Shown here piece by piece: positions 8,370 through 19,696 of a stretch of DNA of 64,000 bases. The translations under genes and the position numbers were made by a program. Under the pieces are notes generated by a model. The model made no database searches. It worked only from the letters and a program-made list of their open reading frames with translations, and was not told the origin of the DNA. Within the stretch, counting starts at the first letter, position 1; every line of letters starts with the position of its first letter. This DNA comes from Alphaproteobacteria bacterium (lineage in GTDB: Bacteria; Pseudomonadota; Alphaproteobacteria; GCA-2731375): the NCBI GenBank assembly GCA_965225945.1, contig CBDDBZ010000039.1, positions 576,001 through 640,000 on the forward strand, in the 5' to 3' direction.

Positions 8370-11300
8370 TATCCCGCCAAGCGCCATGAATGGCGACTTC
8401 CTGGCCGCCGCTTTTTTTGATCACCGCTCGCGCGGCCCGTCGGGGGAGCGGGGCGGCCGGAACTTACATCGAATGGTTTCAGACGGCGCGGACAACGCTC
8501 TACCATCGCGTCGCGCGCGCGGCCGAGCAGGCGGAACAGCTTGCCGGCATCGGAGCCCAGCATTGTGCTCCGGGTGGTCTCGCCTTTATCGTCGGCGCCG
8601 GCGAGGGCGAGATAGGCCTCGAAGGCGGCCAGGTAGGCATCGGCCTGGGCGCAGAAGGCGGCGTTCTCCCGGTATTCCCGTGCGAGCCGGTCGCCGGCCC
8701 TTTCCTCGCCGCCCGGGCGGCGGATCAGCTTGGAGAGGAAGTGACCGTCGCTCGCCGGCGCCGATTTCTCCGCGAGGTCGAGCCGGGCGAGATCGAGGCC
8801 GAGCCGGTTCAGGGCATTTTCGATAGCAGCGAGGCTGGAGAGGAAATCACCGGCGGCCACCCCGTCCTCGGCGATCCCGCTCGTCTCCGGGGCCGGCAGC
8901 GCCTTCGGCCGGCCGGCCTCCGGCGTGGGTTCCGCCACCTCCAGGGTTCGCGCGGTTAGCTCGCCCAGATCGTCGACATGGCGGGCCAGGCGCGAGACCA
9001 GCGAATCCGTCGTCGCCGACAGCGCCATCAATCGCGCCTCCAGCATCGCCGCGCGCTGATCGGCGAGGTCGCTGGCGCCGGCTATCGCCTCGCCCGCCTT
9101 TCGGATCAAGGCCTCCACCCGTTGGTCGAGCCGGCTCTCGGCGCCCTCGACGCGGTCGATGAGGGTCGCCAGCAGGCCAGCGATCTGCTCTTGCCGTTGG
9201 CTCAGCTCGCAACCTGCCTCGACCAGTCGCGTGAGCTCGCCCGAGGTCTCGGCCTGGAGTTCTTGGATCCGCCCGTCGAGCTCCCGTGCGCCGTCGCGTA
9301 GTCGATTAGCGCCTTGTTCGGCGGTGGCACCCAGGCGTTCGATATCCTCGGCAACCTTGCTCGCGGCCGCCGCGCCCTGGTCGCCGCCGGCCTCGAGCGC
9401 TGTCGCCGCCGTCGCCACCGCCCGCGTACCGCGCTCCATCGCGGCTTCCATCGCCGTCGCCGTCCGCGCCAATTCGGCCCGCGCCGCCTCGGCCGCGCCG
9501 AGGCTCTCCCGGCCCTCGCGGTACAGATTCGCGCGTGTCGCCGCGCCCTCGCGGACGAAGGCTTCGAGCTCCGCACGGGCCCGGCCGACGGCCTCGACGA
9601 GCGTCGATTCGGTCGTCTCGGCCACGCCGTCCGTCCGCTCCAGTAAGGTCGCGAGCGCGCCCAGGCCTTCGTTCAGCCGCGCGAGCCGCGCCTCCGCCTC
9701 GGCGAATTCGTGTGCGGCCGCCTGGAGCCCGCTCGTCCCCACGCTCGCCGCCCGATCCAGCGCCTCGACACCGTCGTCGAGTTTCGCCGTCGTCGAGGCC
9801 AGCGCCGCCCCGGCCCTGGCGCCGGCCTCGGCGATGTGGTCGAGCTCCTCTCCGAGGGCGCGGCCGAGCACCTCGACCTCGCCCGCCTGGTTCCGGGCCG
9901 CCGTCAGCAGTCGCGCGCCGTCGCCGGCGAGCCGTTCGCCCATGCCCTCGAGCCGGGTCGTCGCCTCGTCGAGGCTCGCCGTCAGGGCCGCTCGCTGTGC
10001 TTCCACCGAAGCGGCCAGCGCGTTGCCCTTCCGGGTCACCGCGTCCGCCATGGCGTCGAGGCTCCGCAACCGCTCAGCCATGGAGGCGGCAAGCGATTCG
10101 GCGCTCGTATCGCTCGCCTGGGCGCTCTCCGCCAGAGCTTCGCGGTGGCGCGCCAGGACCTCGCCCATGGTCCGCGCGCGCGCCTCCGCGGCGTCGGCGG
10201 TTTCGTCGAATACCCGGCCCAGTCGGGTCATCTCCGCCTCGATCGTCCGCAGACGGTCCTCGGCGCCTGCAAGCGATTCGCCGAGCCCTTCGATCCTGGT
10301 CCCGATTCGATCGGTCGTGGCACCCAGCTCGAGCTGCCTGTCGCCAAGCATCGTTGCCGCCGAGGCCAAGACCTCGGCCTGGGTCTGGGCGTCGCTCGCC
10401 AGGGCCTCTTCTCGCTCGGCGAGCGTCGCGGCCTCTTCGCCCACGATGCGCATTGCCCCTTCCAGCGCCTCGTTCGCGGCCTCGATCCGCCGCGCGCTCT
10501 CGGCGCCGGCGCCGGCCAGGGCCGCCTGGTGATCGCCGAGCTCGTCCGTCGCCTGGGCCAGGCGATCCACCGCCTCGACTCCCAACCGGGCGAGCGCCTC
10601 GGCCCGGACTTCCAAGCGATCGCCGGCGTCGTCCAATTCCTGGACGCTCACTTCAGCCGCCGTCGAGAGCGCGCTTCGCCGCGCCTCGAATTCGTCACCC
10701 GCCTGGCGCACCGCCTCGGCGACGCCGAGCGCCACCTCGACCGCGCGCGCACCGCGCCGGGCGATGCTCGCCTCGATCGCGCGGGCCCGTTCGTCGACCT
10801 GCCGCGAGGTGCCCTCGATCCGCTCGGCGTCGCGGCTCAGCAACTTGCTCATCCGCGAGACCCGGCTGTCGAGATCGTCGAGTACGCCGTCGAGCCGAGC
10901 CGCCTGGGCATCGAGCGCGAGCCCGGCCTCGCGGCCCCGAACCTCCGCCAGCGACACCGTCGCCATCAGCAACGAGGCCTGGTCGCGGATTGCCAGGCCG
11001 ACCTCGCGGGCCCGCTCGGCCGCTTCGCCGACCATGCTCGCGGCCAGCTCGCCGCGGCGTCGGAGACTGGTTTCCAGGTCCTTGTGGTGATAGGCGATAA
11101 GCTCCGAGGCGCGAGCCAGCGAGCGGGCCCGTTCGTCGAGCTGGCGGGCGCTCTCAGCCGAGCGCGCGTTCGCCTCCTCGGCGGTCTTGCGCAGCAGTTC
11201 GGCGCGATGGCCGAGCGTTATCTCGCTTTCCCGCGCGGCCTCCGCCGCCGCGTTTACCACCGTGGTCAAGGCCTCGATCGAGCGCTCGGTTGCCGTGCGG

Positions 11301-11711
11301 GCGATCTCGGCGTGGCGCTCCAGGCCGGCCGCGACCGAGCGCATGCGCGCATCTCCCCCGGGCGCGGGGAAGGCCAAGGCGTCGAGACGGGCCTTCGAGC
11401 GCCCTGGCGTGGCGCTCGAAGGCCTCGCCCCGGCGGAGATAGAGCAGCACCAGCCATAGCAGGATCGCCGGCGCCGCCACCCCCGCCGCCGCCATCGCCA
11501 ACTCGTGCGCCGGCAGCGCCACGAAGGCGCGTGCGCCGGTTTGATGGACGATGTAGCCCAGGACGAGAGCGAACCAGGCGAGGGTGGCGCCGACGCCGAT
11601 CAGCGGAACTCGACGATGCCCGCCGGCGCGCGCGCCGGCGACGTCGACCTCGGCCCGGGGCTCGCTGGCGACCAGCGGCAGGGCGGAATTGGGGAGTTCG
11701 ATCTCGGCCAT
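8321..11711 (-). pseudogene. TipN-like membrane-anchored long coiled-coil protein, frameshifted near 11393 (pseudogene or sequencing error)
   Basis: ORF 11154..11711 has two TM helices. ORF 8321..11377 is an Ala/Glu/Arg coiled coil ending in ...YLAAFEAYL...LGSDAGKLFRLL. Removing one base near 11393 joins them as ...ALEARLDALAFP..., giving about 1129 aa. Confidence 0.7.
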
Positions 11712-11724
11712 GGCGGGCCTCGTC

Positions 11725-12402
11725 TCAATTTCGGCTTCGGATCGTGGCGCGGGCCGCGAAAAGCTTCGGCGCGGGCCGCGCGACGGTGGGGTGGCGAACG
11801 TGCTGGACCATGTAGAAGCGCGGCGCCGGACCGGTATGGGTCACCGACATGGAGAAGCGCACGATGCCGTCGGGCGGCACCCGGCCCTGGCTGAAGCGCA
11901 GCAGGTCGCGCGGCTCCAGAATGTCCTCGACCTTGGCGAAGACGTCGGACCTGAAGGGCCGGTTGACTTGTGCCGACTGAGCGAAGGAGAGGCCGTCGTA
12001 ATAGTCGCTGGCGACGCCCGGGCGTTTTTCCAGCTCGATGTTGAAGAATTGCCAGGTGCCGGTGGTCCGGTTGCGCACCACCTTGACGAGCGCGAAGCCG
12101 GTCTGGTGGGAGGTTTTGACCCGGCTGCCGAAGCTGCGGGACACCGTGACGAAAACGATGGCATCGCCTCCGTCGACGATTTCCTCCCGCAGGACGAAGG
12201 GATCGGCGAGCGTGCCGGTGCCGCTGACGCCCAGCAGGCGAAGGTTGGCCGAGGCCTCGGCGAAGGTCACGCCCTCGAGCGTGATGGCCCCCGCCCCGGC
12301 CGGCGAGGCGGTCCCCAATAGCAGGGCCGGGAACATCCCGAACGACAGGATCAGCGCCCGGAAGCCCTTACGAATCAAATGCTTGTCGACGTTTCTTGGC
12401 AT
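11725..12402 (-). CDS. Hypothetical secreted protein
   Basis: Hydrophobic signal-like segment followed by GSGT-like ...ADPFVLREEI...DGLSFAQ; good codon bias. Start uncertain. Confidence 0.65.
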   Translation of the reverse strand: MPRNVDKHLIRKGFRALILSFGMFPALLLGTASPAGAGAITLEGVTFAEASANLRLLGVSGTGTLADPFVLREEIVDGGDAIVFVTVSRSFGSRVKTSHQTGFALVKVVRNRTTGTWQFFNIELEKRPGVASDYYDGLSFAQSAQVNRPFRSDVFAKVEDILEPRDLLRFSQGRVPPDGIVRFSMSVTHTGPAPRFYMVQHVRHPTVARPAPKLFAARATIRSRN

Positions 12403-12410
12403 AACCGCCA

Positions 12411-12440
12411 ATTATCCGGGCGGTCGGGCGCGAAAGTCAA
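12411..12440 (-). promoter_or_regulatory. Sigma-70-like promoter
   Basis: The minus strand reads TTGACT-N18-GATAAT just upstream of ATG 12402. Confidence 0.5.
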
Positions 12441-12487
12441 AGGGTATTGCGGCGTTCTTCCCCGCCAGCGTGGCGGATTTGCCACCG

Positions 12488-13552
12488 TCAGAGGCGCGCC
12501 ATCACCTGCTCGGAGAAGGCCTGCGCGAAGTGCCATTTGGCGTCCACGCCGGTGGCGAACATCAGCTCCTGCAAGCCCTCCGCCTCCAACGCGCGGATGG
12601 TCTCGATCAGCTCGTCGGCGGTGCCGACCAGGCAGGTATCGCGGATGAGCTGCTCGTCGATCAGCTCGGCCTCGCCCGGATGCAGGTAGGTGTAGTGGTA
12701 CTCGTGGGTGCGGAAGTGGCGGTGGGCCTCCGGCGTCTCGGCCACCAGCTCGCAATAGGGCTTCCACAGCCGCTGCAGGAAGTCCGGCGGCTCCCGTCCC
12801 TTCTCGTGCACCTGGTCGTGGAAATAATACACGCTGGCCATGACGTTGGGGCCGATCGCGCGCTTCACCCGATCGGAGGCGACCGCCTCGCCCGGCTCCA
12901 GCAGCACGATGTTGGTGAGCGCGCAGTTGAGGAAGCCGTCGAGCGGCCGGCCGGCCCGGGCCGCGCCCTGGCGGACATGCGCCATCGCCTGCGGCACGGC
13001 GATGCCGCGCGGTGGGATCGCGAACACCAGGCCGTCGCCGTATTCCCCCGCGAGGCCCATGGCGCGGGGCCCGAAGCCCGAGACGTAGAGCGGGATCTTG
13101 GGCTCCAGGTTCATGTATTTGTGCTCGTGCATCAACATCTTGATCGGCTTGGTGACGCCGTCGAAGGTGTAGTCGACCGCCTCGCCCCGGAGGAGCGCGC
13201 TCAGCACGCGCAGGTATTCGCGGTAATCCGCGATCCGCATCGGCGGCTGGCCCATGGTGCGGGTCGCGGTGTTGCCGGTGGCGATGGCGAGATGGACCCG
13301 GCCGGGCGCGATCCGATTGAGGCTCGCGATCGCCGCGACGTGGACCGGCGGAATGCGGGTACCGGCGATCGAGGTGCCGGTGCCGAGCCGGAGCGTGCGG
13401 GTTTGCTTGGCCGCCAGCGCCAGCACCGCGTAACAGTCGGAGAACAGCATCTGGCTGTCGGTGACCCAGACTGCGTCGTAGCCCAGGTTTTCGGCATGGG
13501 TGAAGAAGCCGATCTCGTCGATATCGGCCATCACGCAGACGCCGAGCTTCAT
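12488..13552 (-). CDS. LLM-class flavin/F420-dependent oxidoreductase (mer-like)
   Basis: MKLGVCVMAD...WVTDSQM...LRLGTG...IPLYVSGFGPR; ATGA overlap with the upstream gene. Confidence 0.88.
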   Translation of the reverse strand: MKLGVCVMADIDEIGFFTHAENLGYDAVWVTDSQMLFSDCYAVLALAAKQTRTLRLGTGTSIAGTRIPPVHVAAIASLNRIAPGRVHLAIATGNTATRTMGQPPMRIADYREYLRVLSALLRGEAVDYTFDGVTKPIKMLMHEHKYMNLEPKIPLYVSGFGPRAMGLAGEYGDGLVFAIPPRGIAVPQAMAHVRQGAARAGRPLDGFLNCALTNIVLLEPGEAVASDRVKRAIGPNVMASVYYFHDQVHEKGREPPDFLQRLWKPYCELVAETPEAHRHFRTHEYHYTYLHPGEAELIDEQLIRDTCLVGTADELIETIRALEAEGLQELMFATGVDAKWHFAQAFSEQVMARL

Positions 13553-14301
13553 CGGCTGCCTCCCTTGCCGGCGAGCTTGCGGCCCGCCGCCGCGAAGCCA
13601 CCGGTCGCGGCGATCAACTGGTTGAGCTGTCGGCCCATGTCGAGGGCGTTGTCGAGGGGCATGTTTTCCGCCGCCCGGAAGCTGTCGCGGGTGAGCTTGA
13701 CGGCACGGCGGTCGAGCGCGGCGAGGCGGCCGGCGAACGCCGTCTTCAGCTCCGCCAGCGCCGCCGCGTCCTCGGCCAGGTGGTTGATCAGGCCGACGGC
13801 ATGCAGCCGCGTCGCCGGGATAGGCTCGCCGAAGAGGGCGAACTCCAGCCCCAGCCTCGGGCCGACCAGGCGAGCCAGCACCGGAGTGCAGACCGCCGCC
13901 GGGAAGCCGTGGCGCATCTCGTAGGCGCCGAACACGGCTTCCCGCGTCGCCAGCACGAAGTCGCAACCCATCGCCAAGGTGAAGCCGCCGGCAACGGCGT
14001 GGCCCTCGACCACGGCGAGGGAGGGGATGGCCGAGCGGTGCAGCAGGTGGAAGATCTCGACCCAGACCTCGTCCTCGGCTAAGGGGTCGTCGGTCGGCTC
14101 GGCGGCGGCCTTGAGGTCCCGCCCCGTGCTGAAGCCGCCGCCGGCGCCCTCGATCACCAAGACTCGGACCTCAGCCTCCCGCCCCGCCGCCCGAATCGCG
14201 TCGCCGAGCGCCCGGGCCGTGCCCAAGTCGATGGCGTTGCGCCGCTCCGGGCGATCGATGACCAGCCGCCGAATCCCGCCTTCGGTATCGATTTGGATCA
14301 T
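13549..14301 (-). CDS. Enoyl-CoA hydratase/isomerase family protein
   Basis: DRPERRNAI, FSTGRDL and GHAVAGGFTLAMGCD. Confidence 0.9.
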   Translation of the reverse strand: MIQIDTEGGIRRLVIDRPERRNAIDLGTARALGDAIRAAGREAEVRVLVIEGAGGGFSTGRDLKAAAEPTDDPLAEDEVWVEIFHLLHRSAIPSLAVVEGHAVAGGFTLAMGCDFVLATREAVFGAYEMRHGFPAAVCTPVLARLVGPRLGLEFALFGEPIPATRLHAVGLINHLAEDAAALAELKTAFAGRLAALDRRAVKLTRDSFRAAENMPLDNALDMGRQLNQLIAATGGFAAAGRKLAGKGGSR

Positions 14302-14379
14302 GACCCGTCTCCCCCGCTTGTCCGCCGGTCGAGGCTATGCGAACGAAGGCGCTCGGCATAGGGAGATCGGAGCCAAGCC

Positions 14380-15312
14380 ATGAGCGTGACCGCGCGGCGT
14401 TCGCTGGATGCGCCCATCGTTCGCCCCGACATGGACGGGCGGATGGGGCGTAATATCAACGGTCCCTCGCTGATCGCGGCGCCGCCGTGGCTGGCGCGCC
14501 CGCTCGCCTGCTATTACCTCTATTTCGCCGATCATCGGGGGAGCTACATCCGCCTGGCGCTGGCCGAGCGGATCGAGGGTCCCTGGCGGATGCACGAGGC
14601 GGGCTGCCTCGAGCTCGCCGATTCGCTGTTTTGCGCCGAGCGGCCGACGCCGCCGGGCCCGCCGCCCGCCGGAACGGCGCCGGGCGAGGATTGGCTTTAT
14701 CCCCACATCGCCTCGCCCGACGTCCATGTCGAGCCCGCCGAACAGCGGGTGCGGATGTATTTCCACGGCCTGATGGCGGATGGCAGCCAGACGACGCGGC
14801 TCGCGCTCTCCGAGGACGGGCTCCGTTTCGAGGTTCGACCGGAGGTACTGGGACCGGCCTATTTCCGCGTTTTCCGCCACGGGCGCCGGCACTACGCACA
14901 CGCCGACCGCAACCGTCTGTTCCGCTCCGCCGACGGGCTCGGCGGTTTCGAGGCGGGACCGACCATCTTCGATCCCGCCACCCGGCACGCTGCCCTGCTG
15001 GTTCGGGGCGATCGGCTGCACGTCTTCTGGACCCGAATCGGCGACGCGCCGGAGCGGATCCTGCACGCCCGCGTGGCGCTGAGAGCCGAGTGGGCCGATT
15101 GGCGGCTAACCGAGGCCCGGGAGCTATTGCGCCCGGAGCATTCGTGGGAGGGGGCGGCGCTTGCCCTTCGCCCGTCGATGCGCGGCGCCAGCGACGCGCC
15201 GGCGAACCAGCTCCGCGATCCCTGCGTCTTCGAGGAGGGCGGCCGAACCTGGCTGCTCTACGCCGCCGCCGGCGAGGCCGCCATCGGTCTCGCCGAGCTG
15301 GAGGGACTGTAG
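14380..15312 (+). CDS. Hypothetical protein, possible five-bladed beta-propeller glycosidase-like fold
   Basis: Repeated blade-like motifs NGPSLI, YYLYFADH, ASPDVHV and LRDPCVFEE. Confidence 0.65.
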   Translation: MSVTARRSLDAPIVRPDMDGRMGRNINGPSLIAAPPWLARPLACYYLYFADHRGSYIRLALAERIEGPWRMHEAGCLELADSLFCAERPTPPGPPPAGTAPGEDWLYPHIASPDVHVEPAEQRVRMYFHGLMADGSQTTRLALSEDGLRFEVRPEVLGPAYFRVFRHGRRHYAHADRNRLFRSADGLGGFEAGPTIFDPATRHAALLVRGDRLHVFWTRIGDAPERILHARVALRAEWADWRLTEARELLRPEHSWEGAALALRPSMRGASDAPANQLRDPCVFEEGGRTWLLYAAAGEAAIGLAELEGL

Positions 15313-15473
15313 TCGATGGTGAAAAACTCCCTCGGCTTCGCTTCGCCCGTTCCCCTGGCGAACAGCTTCAAACCTGAAGCGCTAGCCAACATCGAACGCA
15401 TCGGAGAAAATGATCTGGTGATCCCTGTTCCGCGTGTCGAGCGAGCGGGAACAGGTGTAAGGGGAGGCAGACG

Positions 15474-16193
15474 ATGTACACCAGGGAGCATGTGTCGGTG
15501 CGGGGCGAGCAAATGGAAGTCCTGATGTTCGATCCCGAGGGACGCGACGGCAATCCGGGGCTGATCGTCTGCCAGCACATTCCCAAGGCGCATGCCGGCC
15601 TGGAGAGCGATCCCTGGCAGATCGGCGTCGGCGAACGACTGGCCAAGGCGGGATATGCGGTGGCCATGCCCTTTCTCTTCCACTGGTGGCCGAGCGACGA
15701 GGACATCGACGTCAAACGACGGGAGTTTCCCGACGATTGGACGGTGGCCGACCTCGCCGCCGCCTATGACGCGTTGCGGAACCGCGAGGGCGTGGACGGT
15801 GCGCGGATCGCCATCATCGGCCATTGCTGGGGTGGCCGGGTGGCCTGGCTCGGCGCCTGCCATAATTCGAACCTGAAGGCCGCGGTGGTGCTTTACGGCG
15901 GCCGGATCAAACTTTCGATGGCGGACAATGCGAGGCCCCCGATCGAGCTGGCCGACCGCATCCCCTGTCCCGTGCTGGGCCTATTCGGAAACGAGGACCA
16001 AAATCCCTCGCCCGCCGACGTCGACGATCTCGACGCCGCGCTGACCGAGGCCGGCGTGGTCCACGAATTCCAGCGCTACGACGGCGCCGGGCACGGTTTC
16101 CAAGACGACTCCAACGCCGAGCGCTACCGAGAGGCCCAAGCCGACGACGCTTGGGAGAAAATCCATGATTTTCTTGCTCGCGTACTGCACTGA
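15474..16193 (+). CDS. Dienelactone hydrolase family protein
   Basis: GHCWGG nucleophile elbow, FGNEDQNP and YDGAGHGF; GGAGG RBS. Confidence 0.92.
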   Translation: MYTREHVSVRGEQMEVLMFDPEGRDGNPGLIVCQHIPKAHAGLESDPWQIGVGERLAKAGYAVAMPFLFHWWPSDEDIDVKRREFPDDWTVADLAAAYDALRNREGVDGARIAIIGHCWGGRVAWLGACHNSNLKAAVVLYGGRIKLSMADNARPPIELADRIPCPVLGLFGNEDQNPSPADVDDLDAALTEAGVVHEFQRYDGAGHGFQDDSNAERYREAQADDAWEKIHDFLARVLH

Positions 16194-16250
16194 CGCCAGG
16201 GGACGTCGCGGCGCCCCCGGCGCGGCGAACGGCTACGATCCCGAAGCGCT

Positions 16251-17318
16251 TTAGAACGCGGCGGCGGCGGTCGGAACGGTGGCCCGAATTCCGCCGACGG
16301 CGAGGCCCCGGGCATTGAGCACGGGCGGCTCCAGGAAGCGGGCGAGCGCGGCTTCGTCTTCGGGCCTGAACGCATCGAAGCGCCGCAACAGGGCGAGGAT
16401 CGCGACCTCCGCCGCCCGGCCCGCGCCGTCTCGTGCCTTGACCGCGATGCCGAGCCCGGTCTCGACGATTCCCGCGAGGTAGACGCCCTCGGCCCCGGTC
16501 TTGGCCACCACGCGGCCGGCGCAGGTTTCGAGCAGGGTCGAGTTGCCCGAAGCGAGACCCCGAACCATCTCTGGCTGGGCCCACATCGCCCGGGCGATTC
16601 GCCGGCAGGCGGCGGCGCGGACCGGCGCGAGATCGTCGGGCCGGGCGAGGCGGGCGAAGGCGCGCGCCAGCGCCGCCAGCGGCAAGGCCGGATTGGGCGC
16701 CGAGCAACCGTCGATGCCGATGGCCAAATCCGCGCCCTCCAGCCCCGCCATATCCCTGATCGCGGCGAGAATGCGGACTTGCGCGGGATGCGCGGAATCG
16801 AGATAGCTTTGCTTCGCCTCGGCCATGTGGACGACGTGGCTCAGCATGCCGGCGTGCTTGCCGGAACAGTTGTTGTGCGCGGGGCCGGGCACGGTGCCGG
16901 TGGCGAGAAGCGCTTCCAAGGCTTGCGGTAGCCCCGGCCAATGGGCGCCGCAGGCGAGGTCGTCCTCAGCCAGCCCCAGGCGGGCGAGCCAGGCCCGGAC
17001 CGTCTCCACGTGCACCGGTTCGCCCAGATGGCTGGCGCAGGCGAGCGCCACCTCCCGCTCGTCGAGCGCGAAGGCGTCGGCGGCACCGGTCTCGATCAAC
17101 GCCAAGGCCTGCAGCGGTTTGATCGCCGAGCGGGGATAGACGGCATGATCGACCTCGCCCCAGCGGGCGACGCGGCGGCCGTCGGTGTCGACGACGACGG
17201 CGTCCACGGCATGGCGGCTCTCGACCAGCTCGCCGCGCGTTACCGCGACGGTGATCGGGGCGTCACCGGGCGCGCCTGGATCGATTCCTCGGGGCAAATC
17301 GGGCGTCGGATTTTCCAT
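16251..17318 (-). CDS. L-asparaginase II (Rhizobium etli-type)
   Basis: RGELVESRH, YPRSAIKP, NNCSGKHAG, DGCSAP and KTGAEG. Confidence 0.92.
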   Translation of the reverse strand: MENPTPDLPRGIDPGAPGDAPITVAVTRGELVESRHAVDAVVVDTDGRRVARWGEVDHAVYPRSAIKPLQALALIETGAADAFALDEREVALACASHLGEPVHVETVRAWLARLGLAEDDLACGAHWPGLPQALEALLATGTVPGPAHNNCSGKHAGMLSHVVHMAEAKQSYLDSAHPAQVRILAAIRDMAGLEGADLAIGIDGCSAPNPALPLAALARAFARLARPDDLAPVRAAACRRIARAMWAQPEMVRGLASGNSTLLETCAGRVVAKTGAEGVYLAGIVETGLGIAVKARDGAGRAAEVAILALLRRFDAFRPEDEAALARFLEPPVLNARGLAVGGIRATVPTAAAAF

Positions 17319-17387
17319 CGTCGCATCCTCGGTTATTCTGCACGACGCGCGCAAGCGGCGCGAATTCGAAGCGGGGCGGGCGCGGCC

Positions 17388-17945
17388 GTGAAGGCACCCA
17401 TCGGGCAACGGGGCTATTTCGCCGTCGGCGTCGAGCGGATCAGCAAGCCGATGAACGCGGGCAACCTGTTCCGCACCGCGCATGCCTTCGGCGCGAGCTT
17501 CCTCTTCACCATCGCCGCCGACTATCCCCGCCGGCGGGCTCCCTCGGACACCTCGCGGTCGCCCTTGCACCTGCCGCTCCACGAATTCGCCGACGTCGAG
17601 GCGCTCCGCCTGCCCGAGGGTTGCCGCCTGATCGGCATCGAATTGCTGGACGAGGCGGTGGAACTGCCGAGCTTTCGCCATCCGCCCCGCGCCGCCTATG
17701 TGCTGGGACCGGAGAAGGGCGCCCTCTCGCCGGCCCTGGTCGCCCGCTGCCAGGAAATCGTCAAGATCCCCAGTGCCTTCTGCATCAACGTCGCCACGGC
17801 CGGAGCCATCGTCATGTACGACCGCTTGATCACGCTGGGTCGCTTCGCCCGCCGACCGCTCTCCTCGCTCGGCGCGGCGGAGCCGCCGCCGGCGCACGTT
17901 CAGGGGGCGCAGATCTTCAGATCGGCGCGAGACGAGGGGAAATAG
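17388..17945 (+). CDS. SpoU/TrmH family RNA methyltransferase
   Basis: GYFAVGVERISKPMNAGNLFRTAHAFGA, YVLGPEKG and INVATAGAIVMYDR. Confidence 0.9.
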   Translation: MKAPIGQRGYFAVGVERISKPMNAGNLFRTAHAFGASFLFTIAADYPRRRAPSDTSRSPLHLPLHEFADVEALRLPEGCRLIGIELLDEAVELPSFRHPPRAAYVLGPEKGALSPALVARCQEIVKIPSAFCINVATAGAIVMYDRLITLGRFARRPLSSLGAAEPPPAHVQGAQIFRSARDEGK

Positions 17946-17993
17946 CGCGAATAAGACCTCGCCGCCGCCTTCAAATCGCCGCGTTCGCCGACT

Positions 17994-18518
17994 ATGTTAT
18001 CTGCCATGATTCGCGGAATTATCATAATGGCCCTGGTCGGGCTGTTTCACGCGGGGCCAGCCGGCGCGCAGACGCCGAGCGAGGTCGCCAGCTTCAAGAA
18101 ATGGTCCGCCTACAAGCTGAAGCAGGACCGCGGCACCGCTTGCTACTTGGCCACTCAGCCGAGCTCGAGCCGCCCGAAGGGCGTCAAGCGCAGCGCGATC
18201 TGGCTGTTCGTGACGCACCGCCCCTTCGACAAGGTGCGTGACGAGGTCAGCTTGCACATGGGCTATCCCCTGAAGAAAGACAGCAACGTCGTCGTCGAGA
18301 TCGACGGCAGGAAGAAATACGATCTCTTCGGCCATGGCGAGACCGCCTGGGCGAAGACCCGGGAAATCGACCGCGAGCTGGTGGTGGCGATGCGCAAGGG
18401 CGCCACGATGGTGGTGCGCGGCGTCTCCAAGCGCGATACCAAGACCACCGATACCTATTCGCTGTCCGGCTTCACCCGGGCTCATGGCGCCATCGGCAAG
18501 GCCTGCCCCGGAAAATAG
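17994..18518 (+). CDS. Invasion-associated locus B (IalB) family protein
   Basis: Signal peptide, FKKWSAY...C, AMRKG...[10 protein letters not shown]...C; typical neighbour of rlmN. Confidence 0.85.
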   Translation: MLSAMIRGIIIMALVGLFHAGPAGAQTPSEVASFKKWSAYKLKQDRGTACYLATQPSSSRPKGVKRSAIWLFVTHRPFDKVRDEVSLHMGYPLKKDSNVVVEIDGRKKYDLFGHGETAWAKTREIDRELVVAMRKGATMVVRGVSKRDTKTTDTYSLSGFTRAHGAIGKACPGK

Positions 18519-18550
18519 TTGATTTCACAGGGAACGAAGTAGGAGCCGTC

Positions 18551-19696
18551 ATGGCGATTCCCGCGCGCCCGGAGACGCCGACGCCAGCGGCGGACGCGCG
18601 GCTCGACCTGGTCGGGCTCGACCGGGGCGAGCTGGCGGACGCCCTCGCCCGGCTCGACGTCCCGCAATCCCAAAGGCGAATGCGGGCCGGCCAGCTCTGG
18701 CATTGGCTCTATTACCGAGGCGCCCGCGACTTCGAAGCCATGACGACGATCTCGAAGGCGCTGCGGGCCCGGATGGCGGAGGTCTTCAGGATCTCCCGCC
18801 CCGAGGTCTCGAGGCAGCAACTTTCCCAGGACGGGACGCGTAAGTGGTTGCTGCGCTTCGCCGATGGAGTCGAGGCCGAGGCCGTCTACATCCCCGACAG
18901 CGATCGGGGCTCGCTCTGCATCTCCGCCCAAGTCGGTTGCACGCTCACCTGCGCCTTCTGCTACACCGGCACCCAGCGCCTGGTGCGTAATCTCGGGTCG
19001 GCGGAAATCATCGGCCAGTTCCTGCACGCCCGCGACCGCCTCGGCGAGTGGCCCTCGCCCAAGGAGGCGCGCCTGCTCTCCAATATCGTGATGATGGGGA
19101 TGGGCGAGCCGCTCTATAATTACGATAACGTCGCGGCGGCGCTCCGCATCGCCATGGACCCCGAGGGGATCGCGCTATCGCGCCGGCGGATCACGCTCTC
19201 GACCGCCGGCGTGGTGCCGATGATCGATCGGGTGGGGCGCGAGCTCGGCGTCAACCTCGCGGTCTCGCTGCACGCGGTACGCGACGAGGTGCGCGACCGC
19301 CTGGTGCCGATCAACCGCAAATACCCCATCGCCGAGCTGCTCCGGGCCTGCCGCGACTATCCCGCCGGCAACAATGCGCGCCGCATCACCTTCGAATACG
19401 TGATGCTGCGCGAGGTCAACGATTCGACCGCCGACGCGCGCGAACTGACCCGCCTGTTGCGGGGCATCCCGGCCAAGGTGAACCTCATTCCCTTCAACTC
19501 CTGGCCCGGTGCCGGCTTCGAGTGCTCCTCCAACAACGCGATCCGGCGCTTCGCGGAAATCGTCAACGAGGCTGGCTTCTCGGCGCCGGTCAGGGTGCCC
19601 CGGGGCCGCGACATCATGGCAGCCTGCGGTCAGTTGAAGAGCGCCAGTGAGCGCGCCCGCGGCTCGGCCGTCCCGGGTCGAGGGCCGCGCCCGTGA
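18551..19696 (+). CDS. rlmN: 23S rRNA m2A2503 methyltransferase
   Basis: Radical-SAM [22 protein letters not shown] and DIMAACGQL. Confidence 0.97.
   Translation: MAIPARPETPTPAADARLDLVGLDRGELADALARLDVPQSQRRMRAGQLWHWLYYRGARDFEAMTTISKALRARMAEVFRISRPEVSRQQLSQDGTRKWLLRFADGVEAEAVYIPDSDRGSLCISAQVGCTLTCAFCYTGTQRLVRNLGSAEIIGQFLHARDRLGEWPSPKEARLLSNIVMMGMGEPLYNYDNVAAALRIAMDPEGIALSRRRITLSTAGVVPMIDRVGRELGVNLAVSLHAVRDEVRDRLVPINRKYPIAELLRACRDYPAGNNARRITFEYVMLREVNDSTADARELTRLLRGIPAKVNLIPFNSWPGAGFECSSNNAIRRFAEIVNEAGFSAPVRVPRGRDIMAACGQLKSASERARGSAVPGRGPRP

Noticed and set aside
15313-15473. AT-richer intergenic segment with a 69-aa ORF
   Set aside because: It has no motif, structure or repeat that I can support.
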